A DNA stretch of 64,000 nucleotides, taken from Octopus sinensis. Taxonomy: Eukaryota. Position 1 is the first letter of the stretch. Every line of letters starts with the position of its first letter. The stretch is from the NCBI RefSeq assembly GCF_006345805.1, contig NC_043006.1, positions 12,896,001 to 12,960,000 on the forward strand, written 5' to 3'. A program made the translations under genes and the position numbers. The notes under the pieces were generated by a model. That model had not been told where the DNA came from, ran no database searches, and worked only from the letters and a program-made list of their open reading frames with translations. Positions 23,619 to 37,541 of the stretch are shown here, piece by piece.

Positions 23619-24509
23619 TATTTTCTATTTTCTTTTAACGGAAATATATCGTCTTTAAAAGCGAGTTAGGGTATTTTGAAACATTGATGTTTTTTTTCTT
23701 CTTGTTTTCTTAATATAAATTTATTACTGTGGAACATAACATTTTCAAAGTAATATATACATAAATGTGTGTGTGTGTGTGTGTATACGTATATATGCAT
23801 ATGTATATTTCTATCTATCTGTCTATCAATCTATCTATGTTTGTGTTTATGTGCCTCGTTTAAAACACACATATTTAAATGTGAGACATATATTGGAGTA
23901 AAAATAAAATAGAACAGTATGTTGACATTTAGTAGAGTTGACCCCGTTCTATTTTATTTTTACTCGCGTCGGAGTAATCAGCAAACATCGAAGAAGGAAG
24001 AAATATTATTTACATATATCTATTCGTTTGCCCGACATCGGTGTTTTATCCGAACATAAAGTGCACCGGTGTTTAAAAGACCTATGGAGCTACAAGTGCG
24101 CAGCTAGCTTTGTTGTTACTAACGTGTATGTAGTTTCAAAATGCCTCATTTTACAACTATGAAATGTATTGTTATTGTCATGATTTTATCTTACTTTAAT
24201 CAACAACAAACACATTCCGTCAATATAAAAGTCTTTATTAGTTTAAAAATAACATTATCAAAACATGAAGGTGAAACAAAACATGCGGTGCCCCAGCATG
24301 GCCACAGCTCGTGAGCTGAAACTAGAATCAATCATATCAGAAATGCAGTAATTGTAGTGGCAGTGACAAGTTCGCTCACTGGTTACGAGTGCGGAAGGGA
24401 GGAAAAGAGTAAGGAAGGCATGGTGCTGACTAGAAAGGAACATAGGATAAAGGTGACATCGTCTTCGCTCGACATACGAATAGAACAGAATGTTGACATT
24501 TAGTAGAGA

Positions 24510-24881
24510 CTAGCAGTATCGCCCGGCGTTGCTCGGGTTTGTAAGGGAAATAACTATAAAGCATTTTTAGAGAGTTATAGCCAAAAAATGGGAAAAAAAT
24601 GATGGTAAATATTTTTTTTAGTTAAAAAGGTCGAGTTGCATCCCCTAGACAGTCTGTAGTTTGTGTTTCTAATTCTTGACCCCATGTCGAATTTATCGAT
24701 TTTTTTCAGAACTGGGGGAACTTTTCAAAATTTTCGCTGCGTTAGTTTTGAATTATGACATTGGGCTATGTGTGTGTCAAGTTTCATCAGAATCGGTTGA
24801 AAGCCGTGGTCAGGGTGAGGGTACAAGCAAACAGACACACAGAAACACACACAGACAAACTGCCGTTTATATAGAGAGAGA
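24510..24881 (-). mobile_element. Non-autonomous Helitron, copy 3
   Basis: Collinear with 18268-18648 and has the same termini. Confidence 0.85.
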
Positions 24882-25229
24882 TGACCTGTAGCTTTGGTCA
24901 ACTGAATAAACGTCGTTGATTTTTTGAAATTACCCAAATTCGACAGCTTTAGCACAATATAACTTCTAAAATACCAAAATTTGTTTAAAATGTTCAAAGT
25001 AAACCTTGTTCTGCGCGAAACATTCCACCAGTATACGAAGTTTCAAACTGTTTAGTTAAAAAAATAATAATTAAAATATCTGAGACAAATTGAACAGACA
25101 TAAAAGCTTTTACAAGAAAAAGGTTGATAGTAAATTCGAAATCTAATGAAAGACAGCAAGCGGAAACATTGAATTTGATACTAACTTTTTCTTTTTAAAA
25201 TTTAGTAGATATATGTTTGTATGTCTGAG

Positions 25230-25290
<61 letters not shown>

Positions 25291-26109
25291 GTATGCATAC
25301 AATGTGCACTCTAGATCACAAAATACTAATCTTTTAACTATACTCCTCTCTAGAAATGTTATTTCACATTCGAACTCACTATTCTAGTGACAATTTTTTT
25401 AAAATCGTAGTCATTTTAATTAGATGTTTTGCTGTCAACCGCTTGACTTATAATTCAATTATCACAGTGTTAAGAAGCCATACAAAGATTTACCCCCTCC
25501 CCCTTAGCAAGAACACAAAAATAGAAATACATCTTCCCTTATTCCTATCAATTCCTTGAAATCATTCACTCAGAAAGGATTTTCGCTTATTCATGGATCA
25601 TTTCTTTACTGGATTCACCTGCCTGTTTCTTTTATTTTCTTTTTTTTTTATTTTGGAGCCAAGGATCTAATGATATTTCAATAGACGGAGCACAGTAAGC
25701 CAACTCTATCGCTATATGATATTACATAATATAATATTATATCGTAAGAAAATAGCTGATACGGTTATATGATTTCACCAAGTATACTGGGTTTTTTTTT
25801 ATAGAAATAATTGCCTTTACTTACAGATCTTCGTAGAGAGACGGGGGAAGAAGTGAGAGGAGAGAGAGGAAGTAAGAGAAAGAGAGAAAGAGAGGGACAG
25901 AGCGAAAGAATAACACTGTCAATAGATTCTTGCAAGTTAAGAAAAAAAATAATGACTCCAAAGCACTGCATTGTTATCTTCCATTTCTCGAGAATATATA
26001 CATGTGTGTGTGTAAGTTTTATGCATATATACATATATATATATATACGTGTATGTGTGTGTATGTATGTATATATATATGTATATATATATTCATGTGT
26101 GTGTATTTA

Positions 26110-26178
<69 letters not shown>

Positions 26179-26734
26179 ATGCATATATATATATGTATGT
26201 ATGTACATATGCACGCATGTATGTATTTGTGTGCGTTTATTTATGTACATATGTATATGCATGTTGCATGCATGCATGTATGTATGCATATATGCAGGCG
26301 GCCTTCTCGATGATATTCCAGCTGGAATTTCCCAGAGTATTGTTAATTTTTTTTAATATGGAATTGCATATCAAATGCGACATAAATATATTACCATAAC
26401 TTTTCTCTAATGAGAATTTGACAACCATTTTTTTTCCACCAAAAACCACCGATGAATTTGTTCATTCTACATTAATATAAACAGGTTCTTGTTTTAAACA
26501 ATCGATACTTATGATGTTTTACATTACGTTATCAAAAGTTTTATATTAATAAGAAGAAATAATAAATGTTTTCTACTTAAAATGGAAATATCAAATATAT
26601 TATACTTTGTATATTTTAATGTATAAAATTAGAAATAAATGTTTTCATAGTTACGGACTGAAATTAACAGAATATGAGTAATGCAGATGCATAACCAGAT
26701 CAGTCTGTAGAATTGCTTATTCTTTAACTCATTT

Positions 26735-26971
26735 ACTCTTTTACTTGTTTCAGTCATTTGGTTGTGGCCATGCTGGAGCATCGCCTTTAGTCGAGCAAAT
26801 CGACCCCCAGGACTTATTCGTTGTAAGCCTAGTACTTATTCTATTGGTCTCTTTTGCCGAACCGCTAAGTTACGGTAACATAAACACGCCAGCATCTGTT
26901 GTCAAGTGATGTTGGGGGGACAAACACAGACACACAAACACACACACACACACATAACACACATACACACA

Positions 26972-27021
<50 letters not shown>

Positions 27022-27200
27022 CATGTATACATATATACGACGCGCTTGTTTGAGTTTCCGTGTACCAAATCCACTCACAAGGCTTTGGTCGACCCGAGGC
27101 AATAGTAGACGACACTTGCCCAAGGGGCCACGGAGTGGGACTGAACCCGGAACCATGTGGTTGGTAAACAAGCTACTTATCACACAGCCACTCCTACGCC
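26735..27200 (-). mobile_element. SINE family A, full length
   Basis: Reverse-complement homology to 21698-22112. Confidence 0.9.
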
Positions 27201-27327
27201 TATACATTTTCAAAAAAATATTTCAAGCCACGTCTTAATCGTATTTACTTAGAATCCGCCTTAACTACCTTATTTGTGGCAAAAAAGAAACTGAATTTTC
27301 TAGTGCACCAAAACAGACTGGGCATGG

Positions 27328-28799
27328 GAAGCAGCTTCTTGTTTTCGTCGATTCCACAAAATTACTTAATACTAATGAAATATCTAATAATTAAACGGCG
27401 AAATGTTCAAGACGAGTTGTTGGTATTAATATTATTACAACCCATAATATTAATCTCGCCAGAGGTTATAATCACATCTACAACTAAGCTGAGCGATGAC
27501 GATAAGAATTGGAATCCCATGGGAAGATATTGTTAGGTTTTCACACTTTCCCTGTATCCCTAACAGCGTACATTTATTACTAAATATTGGTGTTGGCGAG
27601 TAATATATGGGATGCTGTAAGGCAGGAGAAAGGCATACTAGGAACAAAATTTCTATTAGCTGCGCTCAGTTATTTGATTTTTTGTATGTATGTTGTATTC
27701 TTTGCAGTCATTGCTATGACAAACGCTATATAACAACAACCACGACTGCAATAAAATATTTTAAAAGCCGATTTCATGTAGCTCCAGATAGACTACAATT
27801 GCTGGGCTTCATTCACTACTCTATATGGAACTGTTGCATAATTTATAATTTCAAATATCATCATAACCCAGAACTTCGGCAGGAGCCAACACTCGATATT
27901 ATCGATTCAGTTATTTGACTAGAAGAACGAAATGTAATGTTGACTTCGGAGCGATTTGAACAAAGTTCGTAAAAACCAGAGCAAATACCGCCAGGCATTT
28001 TACCCAGTATTCTACAGATAGCGACTTCTGCGAAGTCTTATGTAGTTGATATTGACCCTTACATTAACATATTTCTGTTGAGATACACTACTTTATTACG
28101 ATTTATGTAGAATATTTGTTTTTTATAACCCACAAGGGGCTAAACATAGAGGGGACAAACAAGGACAGACATACGGATTACGTTGATTATATCGACTCCA
28201 GTGCGTAACTGGTACTTAATTTATCGACCCCGAAAGGATGAAAGGCAAAGTCGACCTCGGTGGAATTTGAACTCAGAATGTAACGTTAGACGAAATACGG
28301 CTACGCATTTCGCCCGGCGTGCTAACGGTTCTGCCAGCTCGCCGCCCCCCGATTAATGTAGAATATAATGAGGAATTTAGTCAAATACCTTTACGAAGCT
28401 GATATTCAAAACCTAAAATTTTGATGGGAAGATAATTACATTTAAGGCGCTTGAAAATGAAGATAATGGGTCACTTTCAAATATGAAGTTGGTGGGTCGG
28501 TATTAAAAGGTTTATTTTTGTAATTTTTGAGATATAATTTTTCCGTGCTTTTGAGTTCATGTTGTTGCTATATATATATATATTTACAGAGTTAACATGA
28601 TGATCCTATGGATGCAAATTCTTATCGTCATCGCTTAGCTTAGTTGTAGATGTGTTTATAACCTCTGGCGAGATTAATATTATGGGTGGTAATAATATTA
28701 TTATCAACAACTCGTCTTGAACATTTCGCCGTTTAATTATTAGATATTTCATTAGTATTAAGTAATTTTGTGGAATCGACGAAAACAAGAAGCTGCTTC
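27328..28799. repeat. 196-bp inverted repeat pair (27328-27523 / 28604-28799)
   Basis: The arms are reverse complements at roughly 90% by eye, and the ORF track shows the same peptide on both strands. Confidence 0.85.
28116..28350 (-). mobile_element. SINE family M, monomer
   Basis: Family homology. TSD GATT(T/A)ATGTAGAATAT at 28100-28115 and 28351-28366. Confidence 0.9.
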
Positions 28800-29876
28800 A
28801 TCATTCAATTTATACTAAAATCCTCAATCGTGCTGATCGATATTTCTGTTGAATCTGAACCATAGTCCTCATAATTAGGGTGCGTATATGATGGATGATT
28901 TCCAATAGCCTATCTCGTATTAAATGCTCAAGTTGTATTCAACTTATACAGTGGAAACAAAAATAATCCTCATACCAAGAAACAATCAATGCGAAAATAG
29001 GTGAATAATATATCAGATGATTAAAAGAGGAATAGATATTATGTATTTCTTTAGAACAATGATCACGACTTTGTGAAGCGTAAAATACGTACAAGTGAAA
29101 TACTGGGAGGTTTATATACATATAAAAAAAACTGAAAGTATAATATTAAGCTTACAGTATTGCTAGTGAAAATGAAGTGATCTCAAAGTATAATAGTAAT
29201 TGCCTGACAGATGAAGATAAATATTATATTTCAAACCAGAATATATATTAAATGGGATATTATGTATTAGCTTTCGGCTATTAAAATGTCGAAGGGTGAG
29301 TTTCTATATGACAGCGGAGACTATACGTGAAGTAATCTTAATATAGAGCTGATCATTAATGCTGTATTTATTGTACTAAGGAGGAAGGTAGAGTCACACA
29401 ACTTATTGCCTAAAGTAAGAAAGCTTTCATACCTGACCATATCAAAAAGATAAACTTTGAGATATTGATGTGTGTTGTCACGCAACCAATGTCAGTATCC
29501 GACTGCGCTGTGTAGTGGCGATTATTTACTTACTCTAACAATTTTAGTTTAAACTTTGACATGTATACCATTTAATTAAGCAGTGAATGGCACTAAATGA
29601 AACGCTTTGTAGAAAAGAACGAAATGTGCATTCGTACATACGACCATTCATACATACATAGATGCATACAGGCATACGTACAGACAGTCAGACGCACATA
29701 CATACAAGCATCTATCTAAATGTTGATGCTTATAACAACGATATAATTGTGTGTCTGTATGTGTGTGTATGTATATTCTAGTGATGAGACACAGGTATGT
29801 AATCAATGCTTCACTAAAATTATGTGTTTGTGTTTGTGTGTGTGTGTGTAATGATAATAATAATAATAATAATAAC

Positions 29877-29931
<55 letters not shown>

Positions 29932-30013
29932 GGTAGCAACAAAAGAATGAGACCTCGATATTAGATAAATAGAGGATTATTTGTAAATGTTATAATTTAG
30001 AATAAACAGTAAA

Positions 30014-30184
30014 AGATTGTCGTTATAGTACTCGGAGTTTCGAATGTCAGAGCGAAGAGCTACGATGTATTCCCGTCGAGTATTAATGGCAACAGTGTAT
30101 GTTTGTTGCCATTAGTAGCCGACGAGAATGTATCGTAGCTCTTCGATCCGCCATTTGAAACTCTGAGTATTATGATGACAACCT
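30014..30184. mobile_element. Kolobok/T2-type MITE-like hairpin (171 bp)
   Basis: The right end reads CCT|TTAA and the left end TAAA|AGA (degenerate TTAA|AGG). Arms 30017-30094 / 30104-30181 with a 9-nt loop. Confidence 0.6.
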
Positions 30185-30204
30185 TTAACTGTTTGTTGGA
30201 AATT

Positions 30205-30254
<50 letters not shown>

Positions 30255-30262
30255 ATATATAT

Positions 30263-30317
<55 letters not shown>

Positions 30318-30589
30318 CAGCTTAACATTAAATTGAAGGGTTACTGAATACTTTTAGTAGAGTTCACGCTTGTCAGTAACTTCGAATTTTCGGTTTGCTT
30401 GCCTTCGGCTGACTTCTCAGATGCGTAAGCGTGCAAAAATTTCGAAGCCATTGACATCCTTCTTGTAAAAGTTTAATTTATGTAAGAGAGAGATAGAATC
30501 TGTGTGTGTATGTGCGTGCGCGCGCACACATAATCCTAGTGATACGTTACAGGCATACGTTCGATACTTCACTAGAATTATATACTCAT

Positions 30590-30803
30590 TACTCTTTTAC
30601 TTGTTTCAGTCATTTGACTGCGGCCATGCTGGAGCACCGCCTTTAGTCGAGCAAATCAACCCCGGGACTTATTTTTTGTAAGCCCAGTACTTATTCTATC
30701 GGCCTCTTTTGCCGAACCGCCAGTGACGGTGACGTAAACACACCAGCATCGGTTGTCAAGCAATGCTAGGGGGACAAACACAGACACACAAACACACACA
30801 CAT

Positions 30804-30844
<41 letters not shown>

Positions 30845-31009
30845 TACGACAGGCTTCTTTCAGTTTCCGTCTACCAAATCCATTCACAAGGCATTGGTCG
30901 GCCCGGTGCTATAGCAGAAGACACTTGCCCAAGATGCCACGCAGTGGGACTGAACCCGGAACCATGTGGTTGGGTAGCAAGCTACTTACCACACAGACAC
31001 TCCTGCGCC
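30590..31009 (-). mobile_element. SINE family A, full length
   Basis: Reverse-complement homology to 21698-22112. Confidence 0.9.
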
Positions 31010-31087
<78 letters not shown>

Positions 31088-31552
31088 CACACATACATAC
31101 ATACATACATACATACATACATACATACATACATACATACATACATACATACATACATACATGTGACTGTGCGTGTGTATGTATATATACTCGATACAAC
31201 AGCAGAATAATATTATAGACGCGAAATACATGCTGTCTACTTTAATCGAGTCGCTTTAATAGTAAAAATATCTTGCATGCACTTAAGTGCCGCTTTTCAT
31301 GCTCTAACGTATTTATGTTCATGCTGTCTCATGCAATATAGTCCACACTTCAGTGCAAAACTAGTTCAGGTTAAGTTTAGATTGCTATTATTGTCAACGA
31401 ATACTAACTTTCTGAAATAGAAATCTAAATTTCAAAATAGTAGGAAACCAGCCGCTACTTTAAGCAAAAGTACAATATTCTTGACACCCTATCTAGTTAT
31501 GTATGTTGACACATTGGTTAGTTCTTGATACCGTAGTTAGTATATATGTTGC

Positions 31553-31931
31553 TGTGGAGGCGCAATGGCCCAGTGGTTAGGGCAGCGGACTCGCGGTCGT
31601 AGGATCGCGGTTTCGATTCCCAGACCGGGCGTTGTGAGTGTTTATTGAGCGAAAACACCTAAAGCTCCACGAGGCTCCGGCAGGGATGGTGGTGATCCCT
31701 GCTGTACTCTTTCACCACAACTTTCTCTCACTCTTACTTCCTGTTTCTGTTGTACCTGTATTTCAAAGGGCCGGCCTTGTCACTCTCTGTGTTACGCTGA
31801 ATATCCCCGAGAACTACGTTAAGAGTACACTTGTCTGTGGAGTGCTCATCCACTTGCACGTTAATTTCACGAGCAGGCTGTTGATTCGGATCAACCGGAA
31901 CCCTCGTCGTCGTAACCGACGGAGTGCTTCC
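31553..31931 (+). mobile_element. tRNA-derived SINE family R, full length
   Basis: A-box TGGCCCAGTGG, B-box GGTTTCGATTCC, 11-bp TSD ATATATGTTGC (31542-31552 / 31932-31942). It resembles, from memory, the octopus OR-type SINEs (unverified). Confidence 0.9.
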
Positions 31932-32319
31932 ATATATGTTGCGATCATTGATATTAATATCTTTTGTTGGTGTAAACTACTTTATTAATGCAGATTTTTA
32001 TAACTTACTTAATATAGAATGTCTCTTTTTTTTTGTTCTTTTTGATAATATGGGGTTCCCGTCCCGCTTCGATCTGCACAACATTACACCACGTACCGTA
32101 CATCTATCAATTCTTTGAACACCTAACAGTATTTCACTTTGTCTGACTTATCTGAAATATGTCTGTGTCAGACAGTCTAAAAAATTGCCTAGAATATCTG
32201 TTACACGTAGAAGTAATCAACATTGCATTCAGTACAGCCTCTTTATTTATGTTACCCTTTATTTATTTATTTACTCATTTATTTATTTATTTATTATGTC
32301 CCACATCTTTATTCCAGCC

Positions 32320-32540
32320 TTGGATGATATCTCTCCGCTGCTTCTTCGCTCATTACTACCTCAGCCTTTCCTGGCTTGTTCCCAACTCCACCAAAGCCGT
32401 TATTCAGTAGCCATCAAGCGACTGTGCTCTCGCTTGCATACATAATGCTGCTCCTCTGTAGCCAGTCAATATATCCCCGTCCATATTTTTACTGCGTTAT
32501 TGACATTGAGGCAGTCAAAGAAATCACGATTCCTCGCTAT
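32320..32540 (+). mobile_element. Possible very old CR1/Jockey-type LINE 3' end
   Basis: Frameshifted peptides LRCFFAHYY..LVP and RLCSRLHT..IPVHIF loosely resemble the CR1-type C-terminus. Weak. Confidence 0.25.
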
Positions 32541-34009
32541 ACCACTCTACAACATTGGTAATTTACTGCACAGGAACCTTTGTATTCACTGCAAGCTTAA
32601 GCCTTGCGAAGCACAATTAGACCTAACTAAATTAATAACGCATTAGCTATTTGTAAAGATTATTACAGCAACTACATTTTTCGTGTAGTTTCAATGTTTC
32701 CAAATATAATTTGCTAAATAGTTTGTCCGTTATTACATCAAAACGATACTTGATTGAAAATAAATTCTATTCAATATCAAGTTAAAAACGCTTAATACTG
32801 CCTCTATATTCTCTGAGTTAGACTTCAAACTATGAAAATTTGTTACAAATCCCAATGAATAATATTAAATGTTGTTATACAATTACAAACCAAAAGTATG
32901 CTTCTGTGTCGTTAACACAAATAACTAGACACTGAATCAGATTCTTTTTTATGTATGTAGTTTTGCAGATCTGATCCTACTGAGGCCGATGTCGTTTTAT
33001 TTACTGCTCACATAGGAACAAAGCATGCACCAGCAATGAAAGGTCATAAGCTATCTATCTTAAAATTATGACGTAGAGCATCGGAGAGGAATTATACCGA
33101 GTTACTGATAAATAGTTGAATAATAGATTTGCCGTTCATAGCATGAAGTCTGAGAGTTTTAGGATAAGATTAAATTATAGATTATGGCTGTCCTAAGAAA
33201 GTCTATTTTATATCTTTATTAAGTGTATTGCCAACGTAAATGATGTGAAAAGGATTAAGGATTGCGATTTCGCTTCGTCAAGACGATAATTCTATATTTC
33301 AATGATAAAGATGATTCTCCATAAGGATTACTTGTTTGGAAGTTTCCGGTGCAAGCATAACCTATTCTATCGATCTCAGTATTTAATTAGTAATTACATT
33401 TATGAAACTGGAAGAATAACAGTTTAAGACGATCTCAGAACAAAGAATAAAAAGAGGTATCTTTGAGTGTTCATTTTAATCTGTCATCAATTTATCTCAA
33501 AATAATAATAATAATGATAAAAATAACCTCTTTTTTTTAGCTGCAACACCTCAAAATATACAGGAAAAACACATTGAATGTGATTTGCAGCATGCGTGGA
33601 TTGAGGCAAAGTTATATAAAAATATGTGGAATGTTGAAATTGCCTAGAGATATGTGGCTATCTGTTCTGGGAAACTATTCCAGCCCACCATGTAACCTTC
33701 AATTTTCTGTGTTGTGGACTTTATCTCATCACTTTCTAGTCTCCTTTCATTGGGGTTCCCTTTAATTTTCAGCATAATCTCTATTCTTATTTATATATTA
33801 TTTTGCATTTTGCACTGTCTTTTGACTTGATCTTTTCCACCATCTTCAAATTTATGATTTCTGGTGTTCTTAAGACCGTGTTCTGCAGGTTTGTTTCTGC
33901 ACTATGTTGTTCCCCTTATTTCCCTTTTGATATCGCCATTCTCATCCTAATTATCCCGATCGCCTGGGTAGTTCAGGAAGGCGCCTATTTACTCTACATT
34001 CCCTCTAGC

Positions 34010-34720
34010 CTACAAGCGCATGCTCAAAGGAAGCCCATTCACAGAGGCCATCCTCGCCACTTCAACTCACCTTTCTACCAAAATACTATGGGGCATCACT
34101 TCCTTCTCCATCTTCACTTCCCTCTCTAAGTGGAACCTGAAAAAGTTCGTAATTACTTGGCCGAAGAGTTCATTCAACCTGACCCACGACTACCACTTTC
34201 GCCATAACCACCAGAGAGAGGAAAATTGCCTTCCCTTCCCTGCCAAAAGAAGGTGGTTGGCGATCTTCACGATGGACTCGTGAAGATCGTAATTGTTGAT
34301 AGCCAGATCCGTCCTACACGCGTCAACAGCTGTTCGACAAAGCTCAACACGTCAGCAAAGCTCGGACATTAGACGAGTGCATGCAGAACGGTTTAATCAC
34401 GCTACTCACATCTCGGACACGTCCTTCTGACAGCACTTCCGTGCCTGTAGAGTTTATCGCCAGATATCCATAAGCTCTGCTCCGAAAGTCCACCGGGAAA
34501 GACAAGCTAAAAGGCCAATAAAACAACTTTTTCTTCCCGGTTAGAGGGAGGTAATGGGTCGAACTTCACGATGGGCTCAGCCGATAACCTCATCAGCCCT
34601 ACACGCGGCAACTATTCACATAGCGCCACAAATCAGTAATGTGTGTCAGGTGGATCTAGCTATTACTGAACGAGTGATGCAGTCTCCCGTAGTCTCTGAA
34701 AGAGAGTTCTGCAGTTTCTG
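34010..34720 (-). mobile_element. L1/Tx1-like LINE ORF2 C-terminal relics (two tandem pieces)
   Basis: GDKLYRHGSAVRRTCPRCE*RD*TVLHALV*CP (CCHC finger), ESIVKI, NFFRFHLEREVKMEKEVM..VARMASVNGLPLSMRL* (stop 34010-34012). 34520-34720 is a second, diverged copy of the finger region. Confidence 0.75.
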
Positions 34721-34767
34721 GCCAGACAACAACACCAACAACATCAGTGTAAAGAGCAGCAGCAGCA

Positions 34768-34962
34768 GTGGAGGCGCAATAGCCCAATGGTTAGGGCAGC
34801 GGACTCGCGGTCGGAGGATCGCGGTTTCGATTCCCAGACCGGGCGTTGTGTGTGTTTACTGGGCGAAAACACCTAAAGCTCCATGAGGCTCCGGCAGGGG
34901 GTGGTGGCGATCCCTGCTGTACTCTTTCGCTCCAACTTTCTCTCACTCTTTCTTCCTGTTTC
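34768..34962 (+). mobile_element. SINE family R, 3'-truncated
   Basis: Matches the first half of 31553-31931 and stops at CCTGTTTCT. Confidence 0.85.
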
Positions 34963-35529
34963 TTGTCCCCGACTTCCTACGCAACCGTTGAGGCTAGGTG
35001 CGCATTCACCCATCCGCAGATGCTCTCGGTGTCGGGGGTTGACCTGTTTTCTCTTCTGCGGGTCTTACGAATAGCAAAGGACCACGTTTCGGACCTCTCC
35101 CACTGGACGAAGACCGCTACGCCTAACAGCAACTGCAACAGCAGCAAAATCCAAACTAAAAACGTCATCAACAGAAAGTGCAGCAAGCGAGATCATTTTA
35201 ACAGCGTCAGGCGCAAGCACCTGTACCACTCTCTTGCTAGACAACCAGCACAAATGATTTTGTTTATAGTGATCAAACGTATGTTCTGTAAAATAGCTCA
35301 CTCCCTCCACGAAATCCACGTTGCTTGCAGGCGCACATTGTGTTACACATCAGGTATTGAAGTGATCCCATAGCAACGTGATAGGAGATGTGTTGCTGAA
35401 GAACACAACGCACCACTCTTACACACTTACATAATACTCCCCCGCGACAAAGCTAAACTATTGAGATATGCAATTACAGTCATGTAAAACCCGAAACAAC
35501 AATGTTGAACACAACTGAAAATACACACA

Positions 35530-35789
35530 ATTGGAACATGGATGGTGGTGGATGGTGGATGGTGGTGGTGGTGGTGGTGGTGGTGGTGGTGGTGGCGGCG
35601 GTGGTGATGGTAGTGGTGGTGGTGGTGGTGGTGGTGGTGGTAGTGGTGGTGGTGGTGTGGTGGTGGTGGTGGTGGTGGTGGTGGTGGTGGTGGTGTGGTG
35701 GTGGTGGCGGCGGTGGTGATGGTGGTAACAGCAGCAGCAGCTGGCGCAATAGCAGTAGTGGCAGCAACTGTAGCAGCACTAGCAGCAGC

Positions 35790-35840
<51 letters not shown>

Positions 35841-35957
35841 TTTGGTGGTGGTTGTGATGATGGTTGCGGTGAAAGTTGTACTAGGTGCAATAGCAGTAAC
35901 AGCAGCTGTACAAGCAGTAGTAGTAGTGGCAGCAGAAGCAACGGCAGCAGCAGTGGT

Positions 35958-36020
<63 letters not shown>
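35530..36020. repeat. Compound triplet repeat (GGT)n/(AGC)n/(AGT)n
   Basis: Directly visible. It produces spurious long ORFs in most frames. Confidence 0.9.
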
Positions 36021-36021
<1 letters not shown>

Positions 36022-36429
36022 TGAGAATGCAGTTGGTGAGGGCGAGTGGGGAGACCAAAAAATAAAATAAAATAAAACAAAACAAATAAAACAAAAACAA
36101 AATAGTTTTATAAATGTGGTTTCTTTCAGAGTTTTCAAATATGTAAGCTGCAGAAAGAACAGAAATTTAACGAAAAAAAAACTAATAATAATAAATGAAA
36201 ACAAAAAAAGCAACAAAAACACAAAAACATAACAAAGAGACATATATATCAAGAATGTAATAGCTATGTTGTAAAAGAAAACAGTATGATACAATTATGT
36301 CTTGCTTTTAAGTTGATTCATTTTCTTACATGCAGGCAGTTTTCTGGGAGCAGAAAGAAAAATATATATAAGATCCATCGCTAAACAGCAGTAGACTCAG
36401 CTACACAAAAAAAACAGAAAAATATTAAT

Positions 36430-36462
36430 ACTACTACTACCACTACCACTATTACTACTACT

Positions 36463-36527
<65 letters not shown>

Positions 36528-36665
36528 TAATAATAATCATTAATATCTTTATATATATATATAGTATATATATATGTGTGTGTGTATATATATATGTATA
36601 TATATATAATATATATATATATATGTATATATATAATATATATATATATTATATATATATATATA

Positions 36666-36711
<46 letters not shown>

Positions 36712-36715
36712 GTAT

Positions 36716-36808
<93 letters not shown>

Positions 36809-36820
36809 TATATATATATG
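36430..36820. repeat. (ACT)n/(AAT)n/(TA)n microsatellite block
   Basis: Directly visible. Confidence 0.95.
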
Positions 36821-37354
36821 AAGCTGTTCGGCTTAAGAAGAAAGGAATCATTATGAGATGAGTTCGTTTAAGCACATATTTTCTTTGGTACGGGACTCGT
36901 ATATATAATAAAAAAGTATGCAAACGTCATATTGATTTCTTTGAATGAACTTATGAATATATCGATATCCTTCAAAGAATGAGTTATATTGAAATAAAAC
37001 AATATTCGGTTTCTAGCTATTATAAATAGACTTAGTGGATTCATATAATTATGTGTCAACTTTATATGCGTATATGCGGAGTTTACATGGATTCAAATAT
37101 GCATTTATGTGTGTATGTTTGTATGCATGCATGTATGTATGTATGTGTGTATATGCCTGTGTTTACGCGGGAGAAGTTGCTTGTACTTCTAAGGAGTTGG
37201 AACGAAAGTATGCTGAATGGTACCATTAGTGAAAAGAAGAAACGCGAAACATAGCAGAGAATAGCTGCAGTTATCTATGTCCTCGAAATCCCATTAAGAC
37301 ACAAATAAGCGGTAATTAAGACATTACCAGGAAGGACATACTTAAAATCGCTAC

Positions 37355-37447
<93 letters not shown>

Positions 37448-37450
37448 ATA

Positions 37451-37481
<31 letters not shown>

Positions 37482-37497
37482 ATTTATATATATGTAT

Positions 37498-37541
<44 letters not shown>

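Noticed and set aside
30158-30170. 13-bp match GAAACTCTGAGTA with 53079-53091
   Set aside because: Many 13-mer matches are expected by chance in 64 kb.
31553-31630. tRNA-like sequences (also 45765-45839, 52810-52883, 58942-59017)
   Set aside because: They have A/B boxes but no complete cloverleaf and are continuous with repeat bodies, so they are SINE heads and not tRNA genes.
34555-34605. CTGATGA on the minus strand within the Tx1 relic
   Set aside because: There is no GAAA after a helix II, and it lies inside coding-derived sequence.
34963-35440. GC-richer segment and 175-aa ORF next to the Tx1 relic
   Set aside because: The ORF starts inside a SINE and has no recognisable domain. It may be LINE 5' sequence but I cannot support that.
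35427-36100. Long poly-T/A/P/H (mucin-like) ORFs
   Set aside because: Nearly all frames are open because of the compound triplet repeats. There are no convincing splice sites or non-repetitive coding flanks.
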